A stretch of 64,000 nucleotides of DNA from Orbicella franksi (taxonomy: Eukaryota), in the NCBI GenBank assembly GCA_964199315.1, contig OZ116701.1:32798001-32862000 (forward strand), read 5' to 3'. This document shows, piece by piece, positions 62,722 to 64,000 of this stretch (position 1 is the first letter of the stretch; each line of letters begins with the position of its first letter). The translations under genes and the position numbers were made by a program. Under the pieces are notes generated by a model that was not told the DNA's origin, ran no database searches, and saw only the letters and a program-made list of their open reading frames with translations.

Positions 62722-63196
62722 ACAATTTATTGTACTTATCCTCAAACTTGTCGTATAATGGACACATGTCTATTATAATTTCATCGACAACTTTGATGTA
62801 ATCAAGGAATCGTTCATTATCGAATTCTAATCCTCTCAGGAATGACCTTATATCGGTCAATATTTTTCATATGATGTGTAAGCAAATTTGCACATCTCAA
62901 TCTTTCTCTTATAATTTTTAGCCTCGGTGAATGCGCTTAGAATAAGACCAGCACCTGATATTGTCCCAAGAAAATGGGGTTCAATGATGCAGCTCCCACT
63001 ATTGTTCCTGTTGCTATTAGTCCAACAGATCCAATTTTACATGCCAGGTCATTTTTTAAAAATATTTGTACGCCATCTGGAATAGCCAGTATTTTTTATG
63101 ATAATACCTTTATAATGCTTTCAACTCTGATATCTCAGCTTCGGTTAAATTGTTATCGGTATGATTAAAATTGAAAATAGTCTTTGATTCTTTCAT
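62708..63196 (-). pseudogene. Degenerate two-TM membrane protein (SLATT-like layout)
   Basis: MKESK..ELKAL*RYYHKKYWLFQMAYKYF*KNDLACKIGSVGLIATGTIVGAASLNPIFLG/fs/TISGAGLILSAFTEAKNYKRKIEMCKFAYTSYEKILTDIRSFLRG..KYNKLFTTE*. Confidence 0.55.
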
Positions 63197-63205
63197 ATAT
63201 ATGGT

Positions 63206-63698
63206 TTAGATAAGTTTTTTCATGAAGAAGTTGCTATAACCAACACCTTCCAATTCTCCATTACCAGTGATTGCGATGGTATAGCTTTCTGTATTTGCTG
63301 TCAATTGTGTTACAAAAAATAAAGTGAATGGTGTCCATTTGGTTCTAGATGTGGTGTCAAAATTTGTGATTTTCTTATTTGTTTGCTTATTATCTGCGAG
63401 ATTTGTGGAACGTAACCATACTGACACTCTTTCAAGACTTCTCAAACTGTCAATAAAATACATTTCATAGATTCCTGATTTGTTAACAATGTTAACAATA
63501 ATTTCATTATTGCTTGAAATGGAAAAATCTGCCGGATTTGACGTAACAGCTGATGATTGATCACCTGCAAATTTAACACTTTTTCATTGTTATGAACCAA
63601 ATCATGTGTGAACAAAAAACACAGTTTAACTTGTTCAACTTTTGTTTCAGACGGAAAAATCCACCTGTCCAACCTAATAATCCGTTTGAATAAGACAT
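63206..63698 (-). pseudogene. Degenerate beta-strand-rich ORF, possible fibre/spike head domain
   Basis: ATG at 63698; after a frameshift VKFAGDQSSAVTSNPADFSISSNNEIIVNIVNKSGIYEMYFID..WTPFTLFFVTQL..YTIAITGNGELEGVGYSNFFMKKLI*. Confidence 0.45.
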
Positions 63699-64000
63699 AT
63701 ATATGGTTTAGACTATATTTAATCTAATCCAAAATATGTTTTTAACTTTTTTTCTGCTGATACTACAGCATTAAATGCATCCCCACCTATTGCATAAGAG
63801 TTAGTTGTAAAACCCATTCTCACAAGATAAGCAGATTTAATTGAAAAGAAATGAATGTTTTCTGTCTCTTGGCTTTGGGGTTGTGCTTCATCGATTTTTT
63901 TCGGATCAATTCCAGCAATAGTTGTCAGTGCTTAATTTGTTTCCAACTTTGGTGTTCCAAATCAAGATCTGTTTGTTCACATATTTGGCATTATCTCCTG

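Larger units (their letters stand above)
57138..64000. mobile_element. Endogenous Polinton/Maverick- or adintovirus-like element, decayed, extends beyond the window
   Basis: Protein-primed PolB pseudogene, compact AT-rich gene array with overlapping stops, candidate AGTAGT terminus at 57138 and ~70-bp subterminal repeats. No integrase, capsid or ATPase is inside the window. Confidence 0.75.

Noticed and set aside
1-64000. tRNA, rRNA or snRNA genes
   Set aside because: No cloverleaf or recognisable structural RNA seen by eye; only decayed SINE pieces. tRNAscan-SE/Infernal would be needed to exclude them.

Overview
AT-rich eukaryotic genomic window, most likely cnidarian (probably a stony coral; inferred from gene families and repeat types, not proven). 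In order: (1) the end of a ~200-bp satellite array (1-1250); (2) a 5-coding-exon ZP-domain membrane protein gene (+, 3300-10296, 380 aa); (3) a complete 13-exon CLPTM1 gene (+, 12430-24248, 632 aa) with one GC-AG intron; (4) a tandem array of class A orphan GPCRs with intronless CDSs on the minus strand (~26.9-56.6 kb): three intact copies, one with a frameshifted C-tail, one nonsense pseudogene, one 5' fragment and two apparently empty cassettes, each cassette carrying a repeated CCAAT/splice-donor module and interrupted by an L1/Tx1-like LINE, a Penelope fragment and many MITEs; (5) the left part of a decayed endogenous Polinton/adintovirus-like element (~57.1 kb to the window end) with a broken protein-primed DNA polymerase B carrying an HNH/EndoVII-like insert, plus small degenerate genes (VLTF3-like, 2-TM SLATT-like and beta-rich fibre-head-like, all by eye) sharing a start-codon motif. 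No rRNA, tRNA or CRISPR array was seen. All alignments and translations were done by eye; family assignments for the small viral ORFs are hypotheses.
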